64,000 nucleotides of DNA from positions 39,990,001 through 40,054,000 of the forward strand of contig NC_090347.1 of NCBI RefSeq assembly GCF_035084215.1, given 5' to 3'. Of the stretch, positions 10,967 to 22,440 are shown one piece after another (the first letter of the stretch is position 1; the number at the start of each line of letters is the position of its first letter). The translations under genes were made by a program, and so were the position numbers. Under the pieces are notes generated by a model. It was not told where the DNA came from. It saw nothing but the letters and a program-made list of their open reading frames with translations, and made no database searches. This DNA comes from Heptranchias perlo. Its lineage: Eukaryota.

Positions 10967-13261
10967 ACTAGCCCAATTTAAATCTTTTGCACGTGGTTTG
11001 TTACATTGACTGGCAGTTAGAACCAGACCAAGGCTGGGGTTAAACTGGTCATTACACTAATGGCTGCCAGCGGGCTTATCTTGAGGTGCCGATGTGGTCC
11101 GCCCTTGTCTCCCTGCTGCACAGTGGATCTCGCTCTCCTCTCACCCTTGTGAACAAATCACAAGCAACTTTTGAGTCATTTCAATAATTGCTTTAAGCAT
11201 CTTAACTTGCTGGAAAGAAAGTTGTCCAGCTCCTACAAAATACTACACATAAATACTACCATAAAATATAACAAAGAGAAGAGAGATGAGAGAATGAAGT
11301 CCAAATAATCCTGGAGGAGATGCTAAGGATGTAGGTCATTATCTTCGGAATCCGCAGAGCTGGGAACAGGTGGCGGAGCGGCTCCCAGCAATTTCAGGGC
11401 CTAAGACTTCAAATGAAGCCAGGAAATTAGGACCAGGGGGAGTTAGTTTAAATTAGTGAAAAATACATTTTGAACAGACGTTAGGAAGAATTTCTTTGCC
11501 CCAAACAGTGAGGAATGTTTGGAATATTCTGCCAGGTGGGGTAGTAAAGGCAAAAGCATTGCAGGCTGTTCCTGATTTTATGATTGTAGGCCTGGATTTT
11601 CCACTGTTGTGGTAGCAACACAATATTTGGAGTCTTGTTTTGCAAACGGTGGCATTTAGTTTCCAATCCTTATGCCTGGCGATAATGGGACCGTTAACGG
11701 CATCAAAATGGGGTCAGTGTCCTTTCCGCCCTGTTAACACCCGCAATGCGGCCGGCACCATTTTGAAAGCGGCCTAATGCCAGGTGTCCAAGCGCTGCCT
11801 GTTTCAGGTGATAGATTCATTTTAATACGGAAGTCGGGCTCCTACTTATGTCATAGGACCCCGATTGCCATTTTAGGTCGGAACTGGTCGGAGCCTGAGC
11901 AGTTGCAGCCGTCGACTAGTTCCACGAGCGATGGAAAACAATGTAGTCTTTTTTATGTGACTGGAAGGTGGGAGCACCGCGCCTGTAAGACAATCTCCAC
12001 TTATAACTCAGGGCTGAAGAGCAGACTCTAACACAAAGCTATTTTTGGTTTGCTCCTCCGTTGCTGGGCTCTATAACCCTGCTCCTTGTCATCCTACCTG
12101 AAGGCCTCACTGCTTCCAAAGACGTGACAGTTGAAAAGAAGTCCATCACTACAATCGCCTGCAGCTGCTTTGCCCGCACATGTCATAGGCCTTTGCTCCG
12201 AGCAGTGGAAACCTGATGCATACGGGACTCTTTTGTTTTTGCTTTGGAGCTGATTTTTGCGAATGGCATCACTAATGGCCGGGGGTGGGTGGGGGGGGCG
12301 ATTTTAAAACCTTTTACAACACGCCAAGAAAGTTGGAGAAGCATGAGACATCACTGGCAGGATTACGTGACACCAAGCTCTGGGAATAAGTCAAGTGGAA
12401 TGTAGTGGGAAATTCTTCGGGTGCCCCTTTGCTTGCCGAAGCTGCTCAGAGCAGGAGTAGTTAATTAATAGTAAATTATTAAATATTATCAATTATAAAT
12501 ATTAGTGTATTAATTAATTAATTAGTAGCTCATTCAGTCCCTTGAGTCTGTTCCGCCATTCAGTTAGATCATGGCTGATCTGTCCCTCAACTCCATTTAC
12601 CCGCCTTTGCTCCATATCCTTTGACAACCTTACCTAACAAAAAAATGTGTTTTAATTCACCATTAAATTGGCTGTATCCTTCTGGTGGGTGGAATCCCAA
12701 TCTGCAGAAAATGTGTGGGATTCCATAATGGCAGAAAATCCAATCCTCCAATTATAAGAACAGGAGCAGCCCCCAATGTGTTTGCCTTTACCACCACCTG
12801 GCAGATTATTCCAAACATTCCTCACTCTTTGGGGTAAAGAAATTCTTCCTAATGCCTGTTCAAAATGTATTTTTCACCAATTTAAACTAATGCCCTCTGG
12901 TCCTAATTTCCTGGTTTCATTTCAGGTCTTAGGCCCTGAAATTTCTGGGAGTATGGTCCGCCAGCGGAACAGAACCCCCCCGCCTGACTTAGTCCCAAAT
13001 CCTAAGGTTGGGGTCATTGACGTAGCTAGGGTGGGCTACCAAGGGTACATCAAGGGCAACATCCCCCTCCCCAATCCACCCTTGCAAAATGGCACAGCTC
13101 ACAGCCACTAAACCCTGAGGTCCCCAGAGGCCCATCGAGCCCAAAGAAAAAAATTCCAGTCTCCAGCTGCAACAGGAGAGATTTGCCCACTAGACAAAGT
13201 AATCAATCCTCTCTGGATTGAAGCCTATTTGCAGGTCTCAGAGGGATTCACACCAGCTTTC

Positions 13262-13918
13262 AACATCTCCATCTCCATGTCCTCCTCCTCCACCACTTGC
13301 TCCTCTTTCTCTATCTCCTCCTCCTCCTCCTCTACCCCTTCCCCTCCTCCATGTCATCCTCCTCCATGTCCTCATCCTCCACCACTTGCTCCTCCTCTAT
13401 CTCCATGTCCTCCTCCTCCACCACTTCCTCTTCTTCCTCCTCCTCCTCCTCTACCTCCTCCTCCTCTACCATTTCCTCTTCCTCCTCCTCCTCTACCTCC
13501 TCCTCCTCTACCATTTCCTCTTCCTCCTCCTCTTCTACCTCCATCTCCTCCACCACTTCCTCTTCTTCCTCCTCCTCCTCCTCTACCTCCTCCTCCTCTA
13601 CCATTTCCTCTTCCTCCTCCTCTTCTACCTCCGTCTCCTCCACCACTTTCTCTTCCTCCTCCTCCTCTTCCTCCTCCTCCACCACTTCCTCCTCCTCCTC
13701 TACCCCCTTCTCCTCCTCCATGTCCTCCTCCTCCACCACTTCCTCCTCCTCCTCTATTTCCATGTCATCCTCCTCCACCATCTCCATGTCCTCCTTCTCC
13801 TCCACCACTTCCTCCTCCTCCTCTATCTCCTTCTCCTTCTCCATGTCCTCCTCCTCCTCCACCTCCACCACCATTTCCTCCTCTTCCTGAATCTCCTTCT
13901 CCTCCTCCTTTTCCCCCA
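13262..13918. repeat. (TCC)n-rich pyrimidine low-complexity tract
   Basis: ~650 bp of mostly C/T with recurring ccaccacttcctc / ctaccatttcctc subunits. Confidence 0.95.
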
Positions 13919-15099
13919 GAGGATGCTGCAGGTATGCTCTTGGAGAGCAAACCCATCAACAAATATTAACTTCTTTCACTGTTGTGATGATAGTTCAACA
14001 TGTTTGCCTTTGTTAAGTTCACTAGCTCCACCTTACTTTCTGATGCTCTCCCACAACTGCACAATTCAATGATTGGTCTTTAATGAGTTAATCTGGCCTT
14101 TTCCCCATGTTTGTTAATTCATTGTTAGAGGGGTAGAAATGATCAGATCCATCTAAACATAGAGGAATGAGCTTGCTGGCTATTTCTACAGGCATTGCTA
14201 ACTTTTCACTCACCCCTATTTTTTTCATTAAAATTATCAAAGGCAGGAATGGTGGCCTCACGATAGATACACTGGGAAAGTTCTGGGATGCATTTATTTG
14301 TGGTTGTTTGTGTGTAACTATGGATCTCCCAGTATGACTCTCTGTGTCAGGTTAAAGTTCTCTGCTGTGTTAGCAGCTCTGCATGCCAGTGATAGAAGCA
14401 ATTGTCCAATCTCAGCATTGATGCAAGTAAATTATTTAAAAGGTGGCAACATGGCATTAGCTTTCACTTTTGGAACGAGAGCAAATAGTTTCTACATTAA
14501 TAAAACCCTGGAGGCAAAATGTGCCTGGCGAAAGGAAGCTACTTTCCCAACAATTCGAATTTTCTCAGGCTTGCATTAAATCAGATTTACACTTCATCAT
14601 TGCAGCACAGTTTGAATTGCTGGTTTAATTTAATTAAAACACAAAACATTTAATCAGTGGAATTGTTCCTTTGTCCTATCGCTTGGACCAAGCTTTTTGG
14701 TCACCTGTCCTAATACCTCTTTATGTGGCTCGGTATCAAATTTTGTCTGATAACACTCCTGTGAAGCACGTTGGGACATTTATACCACGTTATAGGCTCT
14801 ATATAAATGCAAGTTGTTATTGTTGACATGAAAGTAGTGTAGGACTGACGCAGATTATGAGAGGTGGTCATTACTATGATGCGGGTTCTCTCCAGGTACC
14901 CCATACTCATGCTCAAAGCAAAAATAAGCTTCCACAGGCAAGTACACGCAAAGTATCTAGAATACCAATCCACCAGGAAAACAGTGAATGCTTTTACTGT
15001 TGGGGTATGCACTGGAAGTAATTCTTGGTCTTTCTGACTGATGATAAACAGCAAACTGACAGATTTGCTGACATAAAAACTACTCATTTGTATTTATTA

Positions 15100-15980
15100 A
15101 TCATAGAATCATACAGCACAGAAGGAGACCATTCGGCCCATCGTGCCTGTGCCAGCTCTTTGAAAGAGCTATCCAATTAGTCCCACTCCCCTGCTCTTTC
15201 TGCATAGCCCGGCATTTTTTTCCTTTTCATGTGTATATCCAATTCCCTTTTGAAAGTTACTATTGAATCTGCTTCCACCACCCTTTCAGGCAGCGCATTC
15301 CAGATCATTACAACTTGCTGCTTAAAAAAAAATTCTCCTCATCTCCCCTCTGGATCTTTTGGCAATTATTTTAAACCTGTGACCTCCGTTTACTGACCCC
15401 CCTACCACTGGAAACAGTTTCTCCTTATTTATTCTATCAAAACCCTTCAAAATTTGGAATACCTCTATTAAATCTCCCCTGAACCTTCTCTGCTCCACGG
15501 AGAACAACCCCAGCTTCTCCAGTCTCTCCACATAACTGAAGTCCCTCATCCCTGGTACCATTCTAGTAAATCTCCTCTGCACCCTCTCTAAGGCCTTGAC
15601 ATCTCTTCTAAAGTACTGCGCCCAGAATTGGACACAATACTCCAGCTGAGGCCGAACGAATGATTTCTAAAGATTTAGCATAGCTTCCTTGCTTTTGTAC
15701 TCTATGCCTTTATTCATAAAGCCCAGGATCCTGTATGTTTTTTTAACAGCCTTATTAACTTGTCCTGCCACCTGCAAAGATTTGCATATGTGAACCCCCA
15801 GGTCTCTCTGTTCCTGCACCCCCTTTAAAATTGTACCATTTAGTTTATATTGCCTCTCCTCATTCTTCCTACCAAAATGCATCACTTCTCACTTCTCTGT
15901 GTTAAATTTCATCTGCTATGTGTCTGCCCATTCCACCAGTCTGTCTATGTCCTCCTGAAGTCTGTTATTATCCTCCTTAA
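15100..15980 (-). mobile_element. CR1 LINE 3' fragment (~0.9 kb)
   Basis: MHFGRKN...EQRDLGVHI...QRRFTRMVPG...RGDLIEVF on the - strand; tail reads aatcatagaatcatac on +. Confidence 0.92.
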
Positions 15981-16672
15981 GATTACACAGAAACAAAAAC
16001 CAGCAGATTTAGATGGATGAAAGTACTTTATTTCACTTTGTCTATTCAAAAGTCATAAGGGTTCCAAAACCCTGGCAGTTGGCAATAATGCATCCATAAT
16101 GAGACGTTTTACATAGTTATTCAACCCTCGCAATGGGCTCGATTTTCCCGGGAAATTGCGGGTGCGTTGGGGACGGGGGGGTTCCGAAAATCAGGGAAAT
16201 CCCGTTCGGGTTTGGAGCCCGAATCCAACCCACAGACTTCCGGGTTCCCCATTGGCGCGTCTGGATGCACGCACACCTCCCGAATGCGGAAGTCCCACCG
16301 GCAATTAAAGCCGGCAGGATGATCATTTACATCGTTGTCGAGCTAGTTGAAGTACTTGAACTACTTAATTTTCTCCACATTTTGGCAGGGGTGCGATTTT
16401 GAAGGATCCTCAGCGTGTTTCCCGTGCTGTGGGAAACACTCCCTGTTGCAACAGACGTGTTTCAGCCGGCAGCCAGTGGGAGATTCAAATGCTTATTTGA
16501 CAGATGGGGAGAAAAGGTCACTTATTGCAGCAGGGCATTCTGTCACTTCAGACAAAGTTTTGGCTGCAAGATCTTTGTGGTTTCACTCAAAATTCTTACT
16601 TTCCACTCAAAATTCTGCTGTTCAAACATATTTAACTACTTTGTGGACTCACCTCAAACTAACACTATCAGA

Positions 16673-17822
16673 ATGGGGGGCACTATGGCTGCATTCACCA
16701 CTACATCCGAGGGTGAGCAACATCACCAGCCTTGTCAGGCATGGCGTTCACCTCCGCCACGTGGAGCTCCGCAACACAGTGCTGCGCCACAGGCACCTGC
16801 ACAAGAGCACGGAGGGCAACAACAGAGAGAGCAACGTCGCAGGAGGCACTACCCTCGCAACAGGGTCTACAGACCGAGGCTCAGCTTCCTGGGCCTCTCT
16901 GAGGAACAGTGCATACGGAGGCTCAGAGTGAGTCGCCAGGTAGTCGCGGACATCTGAAGCTTCCTTCATGCCAAGCTGCCCCTCAACTTCTTCACCTCCA
17001 GATCATTCCAGGGTGCCACCGGGGACACCACCGGGGTCTCTCAGACGTCTGCACACAAGTGCATAAGGCAGGTCACCGACGGCTTGTTTCACAGGGCCTC
17101 GCACTACGTCAACTTCCCCATGGATGACCTCAGCCAGACGGAGAGGGCAGTGGGATTCCACGCTGTGGTTGGCTTTCCACGGGTGCAGGGTGTAATCGAT
17201 TGCACCCATATAGCAATACGAGCACCTCCACACGAGCCAGGACTGTTCATCAACAGGAAGGGCTATCATTCCATGAACACTCAGCTTATCTGTGACCACC
17301 GCAAGAGATTCCTTCACGTGTGCACCAGATTCCCTGGCAGCTGCCACGATTCCTTCATCCTCCGGGAATTCAACATCCCGCCCCTCTTCCATGCACCGAA
17401 CACCATTAAGGGCTGGCTCCATGGGGACAAGGGATACCACCTGCATACGTGGCTCATGACACCTCTGAGGAACCCCATCACCGAGCAACAGCGTCGATAT
17501 AACAACAGCCACATCGCTACCAGGTCTACAATTGAGCAGGCTATAGGGCTGCTCAAGATGCGATTTAGGTGCCTTGATCATTCTGGGGGAGCACTTCAAT
17601 ACGCACCAGACGCATTATAGTCGTGTGTTGTGCCCTGCACAACATGGCACAACTGAGAGGAGTGCCATTTGAGAAGGCCCATCCACATCTGCCACCCACA
17701 TTGAGGAGAAGGAGGCAGAGGAGGAGGAGGAGCAGGAGCAGGAGCAACCTATGGGCAGAACAGCGGCTCACCTGGCTGCTCGTGAGGCCATGGAGACACT
17801 GATATGTGAACGGTTCTCCTAA
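16673..17822 (+). pseudogene. Harbinger DDE transposase (HARBI1-like family), disrupted
   Basis: GFPRVQGVIDCTH, NRKGYHS, PGSCHDS, GDKGY, RSTIEQAIGLLKMRFRCL, CCALHN; stop at 16955-16957 plus internal deletions and frameshifts. Confidence 0.92.
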
Positions 17823-18151
17823 CATCAGACAGTGTGAAGAGTCCAGCCCTCACAACACCTGGATAGAGCAGCGCCCACACCAGCTCCCACCCCATCCCCC
17901 CGTCACCTTCCTGCACAAAACAGGTCTGCAACTACACATACACCCAATGTAGAGTGACCCAATGGGTGGCATCAAGTGTCGGTGTTCATGTTGAACCTCA
18001 TGAAAGGGCCCTATTACAGAAGCCAGTCAAGAATGGCCAAGACGTGGCAGTAGTGATGACAATAATAATATTTAATGTGGGTTTAACAAAAAGCTAATAT
18101 AAATAAAAAAATATGACCAACTGTCAAACACCCTTGTGCATCCCCTTCGTG

Positions 18152-20052
18152 CTTACAAACCTTCGCCTTTCTCTTCCGACTACTTCTACATGGTGCATCC
18201 CCTGTGGCTGCAGCAGAGGTAGTGGCAGGTTGCTCTTGTTCATGCCCTGACCGATTATATGCTTTGGACCTATGCCCTCTGGGTTTTGGTGCCCGTGAGG
18301 GCCCTTCCAAAGACTGCTCCACCTGTGCAGGGGCAGACTCGGCCACCTGGACAGGAGGCAGCATTGCGGGTACTGGTTGAGAGGAGGGCAACGGGAGCGA
18401 GGTGGGAGCGCTTTGAGTGGCGTCCCCACTTCCATGTCTCCTTTTGCCATCATTCCTCCCCTGATCCAGGGCCAAATCACTCCTATCACTCTGCTGGACG
18501 ACAATTTGGAGGACATGTGTGATGCCTTGTAAGGCCAGTGCTACTGTATCTGCCTGCCTGTTTAAGGCAGCAGAATGTTGCTCACTGTGAGTCCGAACGG
18601 CCATTGTCAGGGCCTGAATGGACTCATTTGTGAGCCATGCTTGAAGCTCAATGGAGGCTAGCCTTCCCTCCATCACAGGCATTCCCGCACTTATCCATGA
18701 CAGTATTTCAGAGAGTTGCTCATGTCCCTGTGCCACTCTCTCAGAGATTCCCTCCCGTACCTGTGCCACTATTCCACTCATGCAGGAGTTGGACTCCTCC
18801 ATCCTCTGCGCTATTGTGGAGAGTGCGCGTGGCACCTGTTCCAGCACCTCGCAAATGTTCTGCTGACCCTCGATCATTCTCCTTTTAAAGGGTGGCCCCC
18901 GAGATTCAGCATCTGTGTCCAGTTGAGCAGGGCCTGGAGAGGAGTGCTCCCACTGACGCGGACTCTCCACAGCTGCCCCTGCCACCAGTGTCTGCTCATG
19001 CTCACATGTGTGTGGTAATTCACCAGGTGCCCGCCCAACTAACTGAGGATAGGGACCCACTGAGGTGTGATTATCTGCGGTGGTAGATAGTTCGCTAAGA
19101 TGTGACGGTGCACCCTCAGAGGCCGGCAAGTCCTCTGAGGAATCGCCCTCTGCCGTCACAGTAGCCGCTGAAGGCCCTGTAATAGAACAGAAGGCAATAT
19201 TAAGCATGATCACAGATGTGTCATGTTGTAATGAGCATACTGAGGTGCTGAAGATGACAAGGCATGTTAACATCAATTCATATTGTGTGTGCTGAATGTT
19301 AAAGTTATGTCACCATATGTTTGTCGGGTGCCAGTCTCGGCATTCCCGATGGACAGGCACTCGAGGGTATGGCTCAAATCCAGCACCTCCTGCTCCGCGT
19401 CTGTGAGGACGACCTGATGTTGCAGCCCCCCTCCGGTCCTCGCCCTCTCCTATGCGATCTGAGCTCTCTTCTCCTATAAGGGGAGAAAGTACAGACGCAT
19501 GAGTGAGTGATGGTGACGTGGCCAACCGATGAAGGCATTGGTTTGGGTGCGGCTGACCGTGAAAGAGATGCATCAGAGGGTGAGTATGAGACAGAGCCAT
19601 GACATTGTATGAGGATTGGGTTAAGTGGTAGTGGTGGGGTGACTAATGGGGAGGTGAGGAAATGCTGAGGAAGTGCAGGTAAGTTGAGGATGAGCTTTGA
19701 GTGGGTGTGAGGAGTGATGTGATAGAGTAGTGTTGGCAGTGCACAATGAGTTGGGGGGGTGGGGGTGGTGATGAAGAAGACAGAATGTAGGAGAATGAGT
19801 AAGTGTACTCACTTTGGCTGACCCAGTTAGGTCATTGAGGTGCTTCCTGCACTGGATCCAGGTGCGGGAGATGTTGTTGCTGCCGGTGACCTCCTCTGCC
19901 ACCTTGAGCCAAGCTTTCTTGGTGGCAGAGGCAGGCCACTTCCTACTGTCCGCCGGGTAAAAGAGGTCCCTCCTCCTCCTCACCCCATCCAGTAGCATCT
20001 GGAGTGAGGCATCGTTGAATCTTGAAGCAGCCTTTCCCCTGTGCTGCTCCAT
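18152..20052 (-). pseudogene. Harbinger Myb/SANT-like DNA-binding protein, 3 exons (20052-19813, 19473-19314, 19176-~18152)
   Basis: RF..ASLQMLLDGV...KKAWLKVAEEV...RTWIQCRKHLNDL; GT-AG introns in phase 0 and phase 1; RTGGG motif; in-frame TAG in exon 2; basic C-terminal RKRK. Confidence 0.85.
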
Positions 20053-20364
20053 TGTGCTGTGTGTGGTGTTTGCTCCAGGAGCAGACATTGGAGGACTGCC
20101 CCTTTAAATAGAGCTCCTCCAGCTGACAGCCTGTGATGCGGGTGCGCAGTCCGCCCGCTGCGCAGCTTTCGGACGGCAAAACGGAAGCCACGTTCAGTGG
20201 CTCCAATTGACTTGCAGTCGCGTGCGAAAAGGACATTTTTTATTGGGCAGGTTACCCATGCGCCCAATCGCCCCCCCCCCCCCGCCCCCCGCTGCCATCC
20301 CGCCTCCACGTGGGGCCCACATGTCCTACTCACTCCCAGTCTGTATAGCAGAACAGAGAAGTGG

Positions 20365-21660
20365 GTGACAGCTGTGGATCAGTGGTAGCACTCTTACTTC
20401 TGAGCCATAAGGTCATGAGTTTAAGTCCCACTCCAGGGAGGTTAGCACATAATCCTGGCTGACCCTCCGATGCAGTATTGAGGGAGTGCTGCACTGTCGG
20501 ACGTGCCGTCTTTTGGATGAGACGTTGGGTGGAAGTGAAATATCCCACGGCACTATTTCAAAAAAGAACAGGCCAGTGTCCTGACCAATATTTACTCCTC
20601 AACCAACATCATTAAAACAGATTATCTGGTCATTACCACATTGCTGTTTGTGGGATCTTGCTGTGCGCAAATTGGCTGCCGTGTTCCTTACATTACAACA
20701 GTAACTACAATAGGGGTATGGTAGCATAGCGGTTATGTTACTGGACTAGTAATCCGGAGTCAAGAATTCAAATCCTGGCATGGGTTTAAATTCAATTAAT
20801 TAAATAAAAATCTGGAATAAAAATAAAACTAGTATCAGTAATGGTGTCTATGAAACTACTGGATTATTGTAAAAACCCATCTGGTTTAGTAATGCCCTTT
20901 AGGGAAGAAAACCTGCCATCCTTACCCGGTCTGGTCTATATGTGACTCCATACCCACAGCAATTTGGTTGATTCTTAATCGCCCATGAAATGGCCCCGAG
21001 CAAGCCACCTCCTGACATCCCCAAAGCCTTTCCACCACCTATAAAGCACAAGTCAGGAATGTGATGGAATATTCTCCACTTGCCTGGATGAGTGCAGCTC
21101 CAACAACACTCAAGAAGCTCAACACCATCCAGGACAAAGCAGCCCACTTGATTGGCACCCCATCCACCACCCTAAACATTCACTCCCTTCACCACTGGCG
21201 CACCGTGGCTGCAGTGTGTACCATCTACAGGATGCACTGCAGCAACTCGCCAAGGCTTCTTCAACAGCACCTCCCAAACCCACGACCTCTATCAACTAGA
21301 AGAACAAGGGCAGCAGGCACATGGGAACAACACCACCTGCACGTTCCCCTCCAAGTCACACACCATCCCGACTTGGAAATATATCGCCGTTCCTTCATTG
21401 TCGCTGGGTCAAAATCCTGGAACTCCCTACCTAACAGCACTATGGGAGAACCTTCACCACACGGACTGCAGCGGCTCACCACCACCTTCTCAAGGGCAAT
21501 TAGGGATGGGCAATAAATGCTGGCCTTGCCAGCGAAGCCCACATCCCATGAAAGAATTAAAAAAAAACACTTCAAAAGTACTTCATTGCGCGTAAAGCAC
21601 TTTGGGACATCCTGAGGTCGTAAAAGGTGCTATATAAATGAAAGTCTTTCAAGTCTTTCT
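20365..21660 (+). mobile_element. SacSINE1-like SINE interrupted at ~20711-21567 by a tRNA-headed LINE derivative
   Basis: SINE breaks after cagtaactaca and resumes at acacttcaaaagtacttcattg. Confidence 0.85.
20712..21567 (+). mobile_element. tRNA-like head fused to the last ~550 bp of a CR1/Zenon-like LINE
   Basis: A-box TAGCATAGCGG; junction gcaagcCACctcctgac; MEYSPLAW...WNSLP; A-rich end. Confidence 0.85.
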
Positions 21661-21698
21661 TTCTAGGAAAACACTGAAAACAAAAGGTACCATCTGAG

Positions 21699-22098
21699 GT
21701 TATACACTTATCTTCCCTTCGAAGTCCAAACCAGCTACCTCACTGCATCTGCCACAAAGCATGGAGTGAAAGAAGCACACACATAGTATGAAACGACAGT
21801 ATGTAATCCAAAAGTATTTTTACCTGTGAGCTCTTTCTGGCACAGCTTTATGTTGGCCTATTTTGCTCACAGTGCATACAGTAGCATTCACTATGATACA
21901 GTAAGCCTTGGTGTACAACATGGTTTATGGGTCCCTTTCCAAGAGAGAAACCAAATAAAACATTCTCTCTGTAACGCCTCATCCACTGTAACATGTCCAT
22001 CATTGTAACTATCCTCTTGAGACCTCTAAAGTAATGAACATTGCTTGTGGCTCCCTCATTAATAGAGAGAAACGACATAAAACACCCTGTCTGGAGAC
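21699..22098 (+). repeat. Second copy of segment B (9998-10397)
   Basis: Direct alignment gttatacacttatcttcccttcg...gtctggagac. Confidence 0.92.
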
Positions 22099-22440
22099 AT
22101 TCCCCTCACTGCAATAATCTCCTCCAGCTTGCTTACTACTCCCTTAGAAACCATATAAAGCTCTGTTACACGAAAGGAAATAGCAATGATTGAGTTGTGT
22201 ACACCATATTGCTAAAGCTGCCTCCAAGAAGCTTGGATGCCAGACACTTCCTTGCCCTTCAAGAACCCCTCGATAAAGCCCAAGTCTATCTGGAATATGG
22301 TCCCATGTCTGGGAAGGGTTTTCCCTCACTCCTGGATGGAATATAAGTAAAAACCTTAAAACATGATCATTCTGTCACTTTTATCTTCAACCTCTTAGAG
22401 ATGAAACATTTGTTGCCTTTCTATATTTTATCAAAAATAT

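Larger units (their letters stand above)
16135..20318. mobile_element. PIF/Harbinger DNA transposon, two-gene type, decayed
   Basis: Convergent transposase (+) and Myb/SANT gene (-); left end GGGCTCGATTTTCC; right end degraded (ends gggccc); no clean TSD. Confidence 0.9.

Noticed and set aside
13218-14072. Long Pro-, Ser-, Leu/His- and Glu-rich ORFs
   Set aside because: Open in several frames on both strands because the TCC repeat lacks stops.
17084-17620. Host HARBI1 gene
   Set aside because: Stop codon, deletions and a linked Myb/SANT gene indicate a transposon copy, not the domesticated gene.
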